Positions 17,972 through 26,500 of a DNA stretch of 64,000 bases are shown one piece after another. Within the stretch, counting starts at the first letter, position 1. Every line of letters starts with the position of its first letter. A program made the position numbers and the translations under genes. The DNA comes from Candidatus Spongiisociaceae bacterium (GTDB taxonomy: Bacteria > Actinomycetota > Acidimicrobiia > Spongiisociales > Spongiisociaceae): the NCBI GenBank assembly GCA_965202665.1, contig OZ241841.1, forward strand, positions 2,240,001-2,304,000, read 5' to 3'. The notes below the pieces were generated by a model, which worked only from the letters and a program-made list of their open reading frames with translations, had not been told where the DNA came from and made no database searches.

Positions 17972-19762
17972 CTAATAGAGGGCGAGGATGCGGGCGAAAA
18001 AAGAGGCCATCTGGGCGCGGGTTACCGGCTGGGCGGGGCAGAAACGGAGAGGCGAAACCCCGCAACCGGAGGTGATCCCCATCCGGTACAGGGTTTCCGC
18101 CGCCAAAGTGGCTTCCACCGTCGCATCCCCGGTGTCGGCGAACAGGTTGCCCGGTTGCTCCGCTACCTCTATTTTTTGGAAGGTTTCGGACAGCATCAGG
18201 GCCATGTCCGCCCGACTCACCGTTTCGTCGGGGTGAAACAGGCCGCCGGCCACCGTCATGCCCCCCCACGACGCCGCCCATTCCGCGTACGGCCGGTACC
18301 AAGCGCCCTCCGGAACGTCGGTCATCTCGATCTTTCTCACCCCCAATCCGAGGGCGGCCCGGTCGGCGTGCCGCACCGCCCGGTGCAGGAAAGCGGCCAT
18401 CTGACTGCGGCGGATGGTCCGATCCGGGCAGAAATAATCCGCCCGGCACCCTTTCGTCACCCCCGCCTCGGCGATGGTTTCAATGCCGGTTTCGTGCACG
18501 CTTCCGTCGTCATCGCAAAAAGAACCCCGGTGCACGTCGTCGCATCCCCAGTCAATGTCGGATTCGGGGATGTTGCGGTCCCAAACCCGCACCACGTAGG
18601 CGTCGCCCACCCGTTGCCGCACCTGCAGCCACCAGTCGTCCAGTTCGAACCGGGGGCTTCCCGCCTGATGAACATGCCCGGTGGACGTCCAAGTTCCGCT
18701 CGAGCCGGAATACTGCTTGGTGCGCCGCCCCAGGCCCCAGCACCATTCCCCGATGGGGCTTCCGTTTTCGCATGAGCCGTATCTCGAATCGGGCGGGTCG
18801 TCGCCCTGCTGATTCACCAGATACACTTCCACGCCTTCGGCGGGGATGTTTTGGTCGTATTCGCCCCGCACCCGCACCCCCAATGTGTAGAACACCCCGG
18901 CCCCCTCGTAGGCGGGGATGACCAGCATCTGCACACCCCCGTCCCCCACCGGGCGGAGGGCGTAGCTTTCGTAACCCCGGTCGTGCACCGCCACCTGTTC
19001 GGGGGGGATCCACCCGGCGGCGTAGCGGTTGATGGCCGGGGTGCCCGTTTCCAGCCCGCCACTGCCCCCGCTCATCAGGTCCATCGGGTTGTCGTATTCG
19101 TCGGTGACGGTATGCCGCCAGTTGCTATTCGACGCCCTGTTTCTATCCCCGCTGTAGGAGTGGGGGAAAGACAGCACATGCCCCATTTCGTGGGCCACCA
19201 CCCCCACGCCGGAGGTGCCGCCCACCCAGGCCATGCCCCCCGTTATCCGCCGCGGCCACAACTTCCCGTACTCCGAACCCCACAGTAGGTCCGGGGCGGC
19301 CTCCCCGCCCCCGTAGCCGCTGGTGTCGACGATGAGGGCCGGATGGCCGCGGGCGGTTTCATCCCGAACCGCCTGTTCCCGGCACCGTTCCCGCTGTTGC
19401 GGCCCGTCGGTGATGCCGGGGGCGTTCAGGATGCGCTGGCCGACGAACACCGGGCGGTATTTTCCCTGCGACAGCCACACGAAGTAGGGGGTGACCTGCT
19501 TGTTGTAGATGCGGGCGTATTCGGAGGGGTGGCGCAGTTCCGAACCCGACCCGCCCCGGGCCACATCGCACACCCACACGTGCCATTCCTGGGTTCCCAC
19601 CGTCCACCCGCGGATCACCTCCGCCCCGGCTACCAAGCCGTGCGGGTCGTCGAAGGCCCGCCTTTGGGCTTCCTCCGACTGCCCGGCGGCCCCCGGCCCG
19701 GCGAAGGCCGCCGCCGCCAAAGCCAGCATCAACGTTGCCGTTATTCTGGTTCGCATTCGCAT
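17972..19762 (-). CDS. Secreted zinc metalloprotease (M6/M11-like metzincin) with C-terminal SLH repeats
   Basis: Signal peptide, HEMGHVLSFPH, Met-turn DLMSG, SLH motifs FCPDRTIRRSQMAAFL and FCPAQPVTRAQMASF. Confidence 0.85.
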   Translation of the reverse strand: MRMRTRITATLMLALAAAAFAGPGAAGQSEEAQRRAFDDPHGLVAGAEVIRGWTVGTQEWHVWVCDVARGGSGSELRHPSEYARIYNKQVTPYFVWLSQGKYRPVFVGQRILNAPGITDGPQQRERCREQAVRDETARGHPALIVDTSGYGGGEAAPDLLWGSEYGKLWPRRITGGMAWVGGTSGVGVVAHEMGHVLSFPHSYSGDRNRASNSNWRHTVTDEYDNPMDLMSGGSGGLETGTPAINRYAAGWIPPEQVAVHDRGYESYALRPVGDGGVQMLVIPAYEGAGVFYTLGVRVRGEYDQNIPAEGVEVYLVNQQGDDPPDSRYGSCENGSPIGEWCWGLGRRTKQYSGSSGTWTSTGHVHQAGSPRFELDDWWLQVRQRVGDAYVVRVWDRNIPESDIDWGCDDVHRGSFCDDDGSVHETGIETIAEAGVTKGCRADYFCPDRTIRRSQMAAFLHRAVRHADRAALGLGVRKIEMTDVPEGAWYRPYAEWAASWGGMTVAGGLFHPDETVSRADMALMLSETFQKIEVAEQPGNLFADTGDATVEATLAAETLYRMGITSGCGVSPLRFCPAQPVTRAQMASFFARILALY

Positions 19763-19770
19763 GGGGGCTA

Positions 19771-19792
19771 AAAATACATATTCCCTGTGACA
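19771..19792 (-). promoter_or_regulatory. TGTCAC-N10-TATTTT promoter motif just upstream of the protease ATG
   Basis: Same architecture as the motifs at 26175-26196 and 26440-26461. Confidence 0.45.
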
Positions 19793-19843
19793 AAAAAGGC
19801 GGGGCGGGGGAAAACCCCTGATTGCGCCCCCCGAACTTGGGAT

Positions 19844-20194
19844 TCAGACGCGGGTGGTCAGTTCATACTCCATGCCCCGGCGCCGGCACCACTCTTCGGC
19901 CGCGCTCCGTTTGCGCAGCACGGAAGGGGAGTCCATCTTGTCGGAGCCTTTGACTTCGATGATCGCCAAGCGCCCGTCGGCGTATTCCACCAAAAAGTCG
20001 GGCAGGTAACGATGGCGGCGGCCGTTTTCGTCGATCCAGGTGATGGAAACGTCGTGCCGTTTCTGCCATTTGGCCACTTCCGGGTCGGCTTCCAACCTTT
20101 CCATCATCCGCCGTTCCAAGTCGCTGTCGTAAAACTCCAGGTTGAACGGGCTTTTGCGGGGGGCTTCGAACACGCCCCGTTTACTGATCGCCAT
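19844..20194 (-). CDS. Stand-alone TnsA-N-like PD-(D/E)XK endonuclease
   Basis: YDSDLE...YLPDFLV...IIEVKG...K..AAEEWC...Y; overlaps the helicase stop by 14 nt. Confidence 0.85.
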   Translation of the reverse strand: MAISKRGVFEAPRKSPFNLEFYDSDLERRMMERLEADPEVAKWQKRHDVSITWIDENGRRHRYLPDFLVEYADGRLAIIEVKGSDKMDSPSVLRKRSAAEEWCRRRGMEYELTTRV

Positions 20195-22223
20195 ATTTCA
20201 CCATCCCTTCCACCAGGCCGGATTTTTCCGTGATCTGTTTTTCAACCAGGGGGATCATCCTCCGGGCGGCTTCCAGGCGGTGCCGTTCCGCCAGCCCCAA
20301 AGAAGCCCCGTCCAAGAACTGGGAGCGGACATGGCTGAGGAGAATCCGATATATTTGGCCGGTGAACTGGGCGGTGTGCCCGGCGTGGAGCAGCAAACTT
20401 TCCGCCATTTCCAACAGTTCGGTTTTTACGGCCTCCGCCAAATCCTCGTCCTCTAAATCGTCCAGAGCGTCCAAGGCCTCTAAAGCGTCTGTTACGGGAC
20501 CGGCCTGCTCCGGGTCGGGTGCGGATTTGACGGTGCGCCAGCCCTCCGAATCCAGTTGCCTTTCATCCACCCCGGTTATTTCCTGGTCGGTGATGGTGAT
20601 GGTCTGGGCCGGATATTCCAGCCCGTCCAGAACCTCCCGCCAGTTGCGCAACGGCTCGGGGATGGGGCTGTTGATATCCACGGTTATGTCTTCGTCGTCT
20701 TCAAAGTCGGGGACGGGGACGACGATGATGTTTTGCGGGTTGACCAGGTACTGGCGCATTCGGACCGTGGGCAGATCCTCGGTTTCTTCGAACTCATCGT
20801 CCAAACCCACGTTGTCCCGTATCGCGCTGTCGAAAATTTTCCACAGCCACTGATGTTCCAGTTTCGGATGGTCCACCACCGCGCAGATTTGCGGTTCGTC
20901 CTCCGCCACCTCGCGGTTGCGCACCCGTCGCAGGCCCCGGCCGATGACCTGTTGCCCGTACACTTTGCTGGAAAACTTGCGCAGGAGCAGAATAACCCCC
21001 ACCTCCGGCACGTCCCACCCTTCCCGCAACATCAGCACGCTCACCACCGCCTTATAAGGTTTCCCCGCCCGGCGGGCGTTTTGCAAGTCGGCGGCTTGGC
21101 GCCGTTCCGCGTCGCTGCTTTCCTCCGTAATCAGCAACGCGTTGACCTTGAAGTAGTTGTTGAGGGTTTTGGCGGCGTGTTGGGCGTCCAGTTTGCTCAC
21201 CGCCACCACGAACAAGATCGGCTGGTAACGGCCTTTCGCCCGCCGTTCCTGCTCTTTCAGGCGCCGGAGGGCGATCTGCATCTGCTGGCGCATCGGCTTG
21301 TCGTCGGTCACCCACTGCGCGGGGCTGATGCCTTTGCGTTCCACCTCCTCCCAGTCGATTTCCTCCACGCGGCGGGTTTCCCCGGTGTTGCGGTCGGTGT
21401 AGGTGAGTTCCACGGTGGCGATGTTCGGCTGATACACCACCGGGGTTTTCACCAGCCGGTCGGCCAGCGCGTCTTGGATTAGATATTCGTAGATCATTTT
21501 GCTGTCCGGCTGTCCGCCGTCCGCCCGGTCGGGGGTGGCGGTGGTGTCCACCCGCAGAATGATGTGCTCCCGCAGGGTTTGCAAAGTGTTGTCCCATTCC
21601 GGGGCGGGGGAGTTGTGGGCTTCGTCGTTGAACAGGGCGAACCGTTCGCCGTTGCGCAGGTGGGCCAGGTGGGCCTGCCCGGTTTTGCTACTGGCGTAGA
21701 ACTGGTGGATGTTGCCCAAAATGACCGTCGAACCCAGCAGGTTCGTCCACCCTCCCGGCCGGTCGCTGCCCAACGTGGTGAGGGCGAAGTCGTCCCGGTC
21801 GATGACCGAATCGGGCGGGATCAAATCCCGGTCCGCGAACACCCGTCCGTTCGCGAAGTCGTCTTCCAAGCGGTCCCGCACGATCAGGTTGGGGCACAGG
21901 AGGACGAACCGCTGAATGTCGTGGGCGGTGCGCAACCAGGCCATAATCGCCGCGATGACGGCCGTCTTGCCGCCTCCGGTCACCACGTTCAGCAGGAGGC
22001 CGTCCGGTTGCGCCAAATCGCCGCGGCGGATTTCATGGGAGAAGACGACCCGCAGCAGGGAATCCCACTGATGGGGCCACAGGGTTCCCTCCCGGGGTTC
22101 GGTTTCGTCAAGCGGGTCGCTCAGGTGGTGCAGGTAATCCAAAGTTTCCGGGCGGGCGCCGGGGTAGCCGCCTTTCACCCAGTTTTGAAACTCTTCTTCG
22201 TAACGGCTGAACTGGTTGAGCAT
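20181..22223 (-). CDS. Type III Res-like SF2 helicase lacking a nuclease domain
   Basis: VTGGGKT, NDEAH, TATPDR, MLREGWDV, QVIGRGLR; acidic C-terminal region without PD-(D/E)XK. Confidence 0.88.
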   Translation of the reverse strand: MLNQFSRYEEEFQNWVKGGYPGARPETLDYLHHLSDPLDETEPREGTLWPHQWDSLLRVVFSHEIRRGDLAQPDGLLLNVVTGGGKTAVIAAIMAWLRTAHDIQRFVLLCPNLIVRDRLEDDFANGRVFADRDLIPPDSVIDRDDFALTTLGSDRPGGWTNLLGSTVILGNIHQFYASSKTGQAHLAHLRNGERFALFNDEAHNSPAPEWDNTLQTLREHIILRVDTTATPDRADGGQPDSKMIYEYLIQDALADRLVKTPVVYQPNIATVELTYTDRNTGETRRVEEIDWEEVERKGISPAQWVTDDKPMRQQMQIALRRLKEQERRAKGRYQPILFVVAVSKLDAQHAAKTLNNYFKVNALLITEESSDAERRQAADLQNARRAGKPYKAVVSVLMLREGWDVPEVGVILLLRKFSSKVYGQQVIGRGLRRVRNREVAEDEPQICAVVDHPKLEHQWLWKIFDSAIRDNVGLDDEFEETEDLPTVRMRQYLVNPQNIIVVPVPDFEDDEDITVDINSPIPEPLRNWREVLDGLEYPAQTITITDQEITGVDERQLDSEGWRTVKSAPDPEQAGPVTDALEALDALDDLEDEDLAEAVKTELLEMAESLLLHAGHTAQFTGQIYRILLSHVRSQFLDGASLGLAERHRLEAARRMIPLVEKQITEKSGLVEGMVKYGDQ

Positions 22224-22235
22224 GGTTACGGCGTC

Positions 22236-24047
22236 CTACTGCACGTCCAGCGCGCCGGTCCACATGCCTTCGCCTCCCATGCTGTCTTGCACGCGACAGG
22301 CGACTTGGTAGCGGCGGGCTGTGTTGAACTTGTGGGTTACCCGCAGGGATTTCTTCTTGTCCCGTTGAAACGAATAACCGGGGGTGGCCGTGAAACGTTC
22401 CCCGTTGTGGTCGAAATCCCATTGCACGTTGATGATTTCCGCTCCCGGGTTGACCACCGCCGACTCGCTGGCGTCGAAGGTGACGCATTTGCCGCCCAGC
22501 GTTTTCCAGCCGACGCTCACCACCGGCGGCCGCACGAAAGTCAGAAAATCGCGATAGTCGGCCCGTTCGGTGGAATGCTTGGTGATGTGCGCCCGGAACC
22601 GGTCGTCGTCGATACTTATCTGGGCCAGGCTGACAAAGTTGACATCAATTTTTTCCCGTTCCCGCAGTTGTTTAGCCGCTTCCACCGCGTCGGGTCGAAA
22701 CCCCCAAGCCAGCATCTCCCCGTTACGCAAATGAGAATGTTTATACTGTTCGGTACGCAGAATGGCGTTGGCAAAATCCTGCACATCTTGGGCGGTAGCC
22801 TGGGAAACCAGTTCCGGCGAGCCGACCCAAATAGGCATTTGGTTGCGCCACCCGTGAATGTTCCCCGAATTTTCCCTCCGGGTAGCCCCGTAACAAGTAA
22901 GCGTAAACTCCCGAAAGTCACTTTCCGGTATCCCCGAAAGTTTTTCCGCCTCGTAGATACCCCATTGTTCTACTGTAAAATCAAGCCGCGGTTCTTCCCC
23001 AAGTTCCAAAGTCATAGACTCTTGTTTTAGTCTCTCAGCAGTAACCGCAATGGCAACCCGCGATTGGTCACAAGATATATAACGTCTCCCTAATTGTTGT
23101 GCAACAACAGCTGTAGTGCCGCCTCCTATGAAGGCATCAAGAACAACATCTCCTTTATAACTTGAAGATTTTATAATACGCTCTAACAGAGACTCAGGTT
23201 TTTGTGTCGGGTATCCAACCCTTTCTTTAGAGACATTTATTATAGGCTTTATGTTATCCCACACATCCCTGATATAAACGTCGGCATAATATTTACCTTC
23301 CTCATCAATTTGTTCAGTAAAAAAGGGCTGTTCGTAATAAATTCGCTCCTGAATAGGTTGATGAATGTAGTTATCAGATTTTACATATAATAGTAAAATA
23401 TCATGTTTACGAGGCCAGTGTCTTTTACTTACACCACCGGTTCTATATGTCCAAACAATCTCATTCCGAAAATTATCATGTCCGAATATCTTATCCATTT
23501 CAACTTTTATATAGTGACTAGCATGCCAATCGCAGTGTAAATATATAGATCCTGTAGACTTTAGTATCCGTTTCATTTCGTAGAGGCGGGCATTTAGCCA
23601 GATCAAATAACCATCCAGGCCACCTTCCCAGATGTCTTCGAACGACCTCAACTCGTTTTTGTCGCCCCATATCTTATTATAGTTACGCCCGGAGAAGAAG
23701 GGAGGATCTATGTAAATCAGGTCTACTGTGTTGCTGGGGATGGATCTCATTATATGTAGATTGTCGCCCCATATGAGGCGGTTCGGTTGGTGGGGCTCTC
23801 GATTGCCGAGATGCACCCGCTCTACAATTTGGGTGGGTAGGTCAATTCGGGGGTAGAGCCTGTAAAACCCCGAACGCCGGTCCCAGCCCTTGGGCTCTGC
23901 CTCCGGAGGGATGCTCCCAAAACGGGCGGGAGCCCGGTAGAACTGCTCTTGCTCGGGAAGCGTTTCTACCGTTACGTTGTTTTGCGATGAATAGGGGGGG
24001 GGGGTTGCATATTTGAATATTTTACCAAATCTGGGAAAAATTTCCAA
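22236..24047 (-). CDS. Type III Mod-like amino-methyltransferase (beta class); start uncertain (TTG 24047, or ATG 24010 via the poly-C tract)
   Basis: LIWGDNL, IYIDPPF, SIYLHCDWHASHY, YPTQKPESLLERII, DAFIGGGTT; C-terminal beta-sandwich-like tail. Confidence 0.92.
   Translation of the reverse strand: MEIFPRFGKIFKYATPPPYSSQNNVTVETLPEQEQFYRAPARFGSIPPEAEPKGWDRRSGFYRLYPRIDLPTQIVERVHLGNREPHQPNRLIWGDNLHIMRSIPSNTVDLIYIDPPFFSGRNYNKIWGDKNELRSFEDIWEGGLDGYLIWLNARLYEMKRILKSTGSIYLHCDWHASHYIKVEMDKIFGHDNFRNEIVWTYRTGGVSKRHWPRKHDILLLYVKSDNYIHQPIQERIYYEQPFFTEQIDEEGKYYADVYIRDVWDNIKPIINVSKERVGYPTQKPESLLERIIKSSSYKGDVVLDAFIGGGTTAVVAQQLGRRYISCDQSRVAIAVTAERLKQESMTLELGEEPRLDFTVEQWGIYEAEKLSGIPESDFREFTLTCYGATRRENSGNIHGWRNQMPIWVGSPELVSQATAQDVQDFANAILRTEQYKHSHLRNGEMLAWGFRPDAVEAAKQLREREKIDVNFVSLAQISIDDDRFRAHITKHSTERADYRDFLTFVRPPVVSVGWKTLGGKCVTFDASESAVVNPGAEIINVQWDFDHNGERFTATPGYSFQRDKKKSLRVTHKFNTARRYQVACRVQDSMGGEGMWTGALDVQ
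23994..24004. repeat. G11/C11 homopolymer at the 5' end of mod
   Basis: Minus strand reads ATG CAA C11 TAT TCA. Confidence 0.9.
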
Positions 24048-24083
24048 ATCCGGGAAAAGGGCGGTGGGGGCAGTGAGGGGGTT

Positions 24084-24899
24084 TTAAGAAACTGGGGCGG
24101 GGCCGGTGGTGGGGGGGCCGGCGAAGGCTTGGGCTATTAGCAACCAGTCGCGGGCTTGCGGGGTGGTTTGCAGGGCGGTGTCGTCGGGGTGAATGCGTTG
24201 GGTTACCACCAGGCAGAAATCTTCGGCGGGGCCGGAAACTTTTTCCGGGGCGTCTTCCGGGCCGAGGTTCCAGGTTTCGCCATCGGGGGCGGCCAGGGTT
24301 ACCCGCACCGGCTCCGGCGGGGCTTTCCGGCCCCGGTTTTCGTACGACCATTCCCGGGTGATGAATCCCAGGCGGGCTATGTGCCTGAGCCGGTTGGCGG
24401 CGGGCAGTCGGGCTCCCACCGCGGTTGCGATGTCTTGGCCGTGGGCCCAGGTTTCCATCAGGCGGGCGGTCAGGAAAGATTTGCTCCCCATGGTCGGCCC
24501 GTACCACACCACCCGGGAATTGTTTTCCAGGCCGGACGCCGCCCGGTGGAGAGTTTCCCGGGCCCGCCGCCATTCGCCTAGAAGCACTTCGGGGGTCATA
24601 GATCGGTATTTGCCCAACGTCAGCTCGTCCAGTGTTTCATCCGGATTTCCCGAGTCGGTCAGGGGGCCGCGCAACCGCGCTACCTCCTTGGAGAAAGCAT
24701 CAGGGTCGGTGATGGCCAACGCGGCGGTCAGATCGAAGTAGGCCAGGTGGCCGATCTGGTCGGTCACCGTCCATCCCGGGCTGGGAGTGTCCGCCGACCA
24801 CTGCTCCGGGGACAACCCGGAAAGCAACCGGTCCAGGCACTCGTGTTCGGCGGCCAGGTCGGCCAGCACCTCGCTTATGTCAACCGGTTTGTCGATCAC
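24084..24899 (-). CDS. TIGR03084 family (MDMPI/DinB-like) metal-binding protein
   Basis: TPSPGWTVTDQIGHLAYFD, TARLMETWAHGQD, AQAFAGPP. Confidence 0.9.
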   Translation of the reverse strand: MIDKPVDISEVLADLAAEHECLDRLLSGLSPEQWSADTPSPGWTVTDQIGHLAYFDLTAALAITDPDAFSKEVARLRGPLTDSGNPDETLDELTLGKYRSMTPEVLLGEWRRARETLHRAASGLENNSRVVWYGPTMGSKSFLTARLMETWAHGQDIATAVGARLPAANRLRHIARLGFITREWSYENRGRKAPPEPVRVTLAAPDGETWNLGPEDAPEKVSGPAEDFCLVVTQRIHPDDTALQTTPQARDWLLIAQAFAGPPTTGPAPVS

Positions 24900-24922
24900 C
24901 CGGTCAGTTTAGGCGGGCGGGG

Positions 24923-26167
24923 TTACGGGGCGGGACCGGCTCGGGCGGGCGGTCCGGGCCGGGGCCGGGTTTTCCACTGGCCCTTATGCTGGAAAAGTTC
25001 CAGGTTGCGTTCTTGCAGGCGTCGATGGTGGGACCCGCAGAGGGACGCCAGGTTGTCGATGTCGGTGGGGCCGCCGTCGTACCAGTCCCAAATATGGTGC
25101 AGCTGGTTTTGATGGGTGGAAATGTCGCATCGGACGCACCCCCCGTCCCGCACCGCGGCCGCCATCCGCTGGGCGGCGTTGCCCAGACGTTGGTTGCGTC
25201 CCAGCCACAGCACCCGTCCTTTCCCTCCGAAGATAATCCCACTCAGCGAAGTATCAGGCGAGAGACGTCCCAGAACGGAGGGCGGCACCGGCCCGCTCCC
25301 CAAAACCTCGCACCGCCCCTCCGGCCCGGTCCCGTCTAAAACCCCAATGTCGGCCACCACCACCAGTTGCGTATGATTTTTGCCCGTTTGAGCCTCCGCC
25401 TCGGGCAAGGGCTGAAAAGTTTCAGAATCGCGGCCGGTCAAAAGTTCGAACAGGGCGTCCGCCCGCCGTTGCTCGTTGGAACGAACCTCATCGGGAGGAA
25501 CCCCGCGGCCGGAGTCAGCCCGCCGCAACCGGTCCGCGCCCAGGTCCAAAGCCTGCCGCACCTGCCCGAAAGCGATCCGGTCCAATTCAGCGTGCAACAC
25601 CCCCATGTCTTTGGCCGGGTCCCAGAACATATAAGCTTTGCGCCGCCGCCGTTGCCGCCGCAAAGTTTCCTCTTCCCGGTCCCGGCTGTTGGCGGAAGTC
25701 CATTCCCGGGCTTTCTTGCGGAACCCGTCCGGGTTGGAAACAACCGCCTCCCCCAACAAGCCCTTGTCCTGGTCCACCCGCCGGGCCCCGCATTCCCGGG
25801 CGGCGTTGGTCAGGGAGGAGGCGTGTTCCAAGGTGATTTCCCCCGCCGCCAGCTTGGCCCGCGTGTTGGGCATCTCCGCCAACCCCTCCGACACTTTGGT
25901 GATGTGTTTGGCCTGGTGGGATGTCATGCCCATCTGGTCTTGCATAATCTCAGCCGCCTCCCGTTTTCCCTCCGCCCGGGACAGACGCAACGCGATAGCG
26001 GTTTCCAAGCCGGCCAAACGGGCTTTGGCCCGCTTCACCGCCCCCGCCACCTCCTCCAACTCAGCCCGGGAGGCGGCGCGGGCGGCTTCCTCTCTCAGGA
26101 TGTCCAACCCGGCCCCGATCTGCTCATCGGCCGCCTGAACCCGCTCGGAATTGGCAATACGCTTCAT
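24923..26167 (-). CDS. DUF222-HNH endonuclease (13E12-repeat-like)
   Basis: QRRADAL, WLGRNQRLGNAAQR...RDGGCVRC, HHIWDWYDGGPTDIDNLASLCGSHH. Start set at the proximal MKRIANS; alternative 26278. Confidence 0.88.
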   Translation of the reverse strand: MKRIANSERVQAADEQIGAGLDILREEAARAASRAELEEVAGAVKRAKARLAGLETAIALRLSRAEGKREAAEIMQDQMGMTSHQAKHITKVSEGLAEMPNTRAKLAAGEITLEHASSLTNAARECGARRVDQDKGLLGEAVVSNPDGFRKKAREWTSANSRDREEETLRRQRRRRKAYMFWDPAKDMGVLHAELDRIAFGQVRQALDLGADRLRRADSGRGVPPDEVRSNEQRRADALFELLTGRDSETFQPLPEAEAQTGKNHTQLVVVADIGVLDGTGPEGRCEVLGSGPVPPSVLGRLSPDTSLSGIIFGGKGRVLWLGRNQRLGNAAQRMAAAVRDGGCVRCDISTHQNQLHHIWDWYDGGPTDIDNLASLCGSHHRRLQERNLELFQHKGQWKTRPRPGPPARAGPAP

Positions 26168-26311
26168 ATTCCCCAACGTAACAGAGGAGTGTGACAAATT
26201 CTCCCCGCCCGGAGTTGGGCTCGCGCCGGCGCGCTCAGCAACCTGCGGCAACCGCTCGGAATTGGATATGCGCTTCATATTCCCCAACTTAATAGGGGGG
26301 GTGTGACAAAT
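26140..26311 (-). repeat. Tandem duplication (period 111 bp) of the promoter and first codons of the HNH gene
   Basis: AATTTGTCACAC...GTTGGGGAATATGAAGCG.AT..CCAATTCCGAGCGG occurs twice. Confidence 0.9.
26175..26196 (-). promoter_or_regulatory. TGTCAC-N10-TACGTT (RecA-NDp/PafBC-like) promoter, probably leaderless
   Basis: -10 hexamer is 7 nt upstream of ATG 26167; second copy at 26286-26308 has N11. Confidence 0.6.
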
Positions 26312-26439
26312 TTCGCTGGAAAACGCTACTCAACAATAAAAACCAAAAATAGTCTAAAGATTTTTTTCGCGTTCTCAAGGCGGGCAGTTAAGGCGGGTGG
26401 CAGGTCGGGCGGCCGGGAAGGGGAGCAGGGGAGGATTTA

Positions 26440-26461
26440 TGTCACAGACCTCCGCTACCTT
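26440..26461 (+). promoter_or_regulatory. TGTCAC-N10-TACCTT promoter motif upstream of the nitronate monooxygenase gene
   Basis: Read directly. Confidence 0.45.
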
Positions 26462-26500
26462 AGGTGCTGAAACTTGGAACCGGCGAATGGGAGGCTTCCG

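Noticed and set aside
19844-20194. Tn7-like transposon suggested by the TnsA-like gene
   Set aside because: No tnsB/C/D or transposon ends; the gene is coupled to a Res-type helicase.
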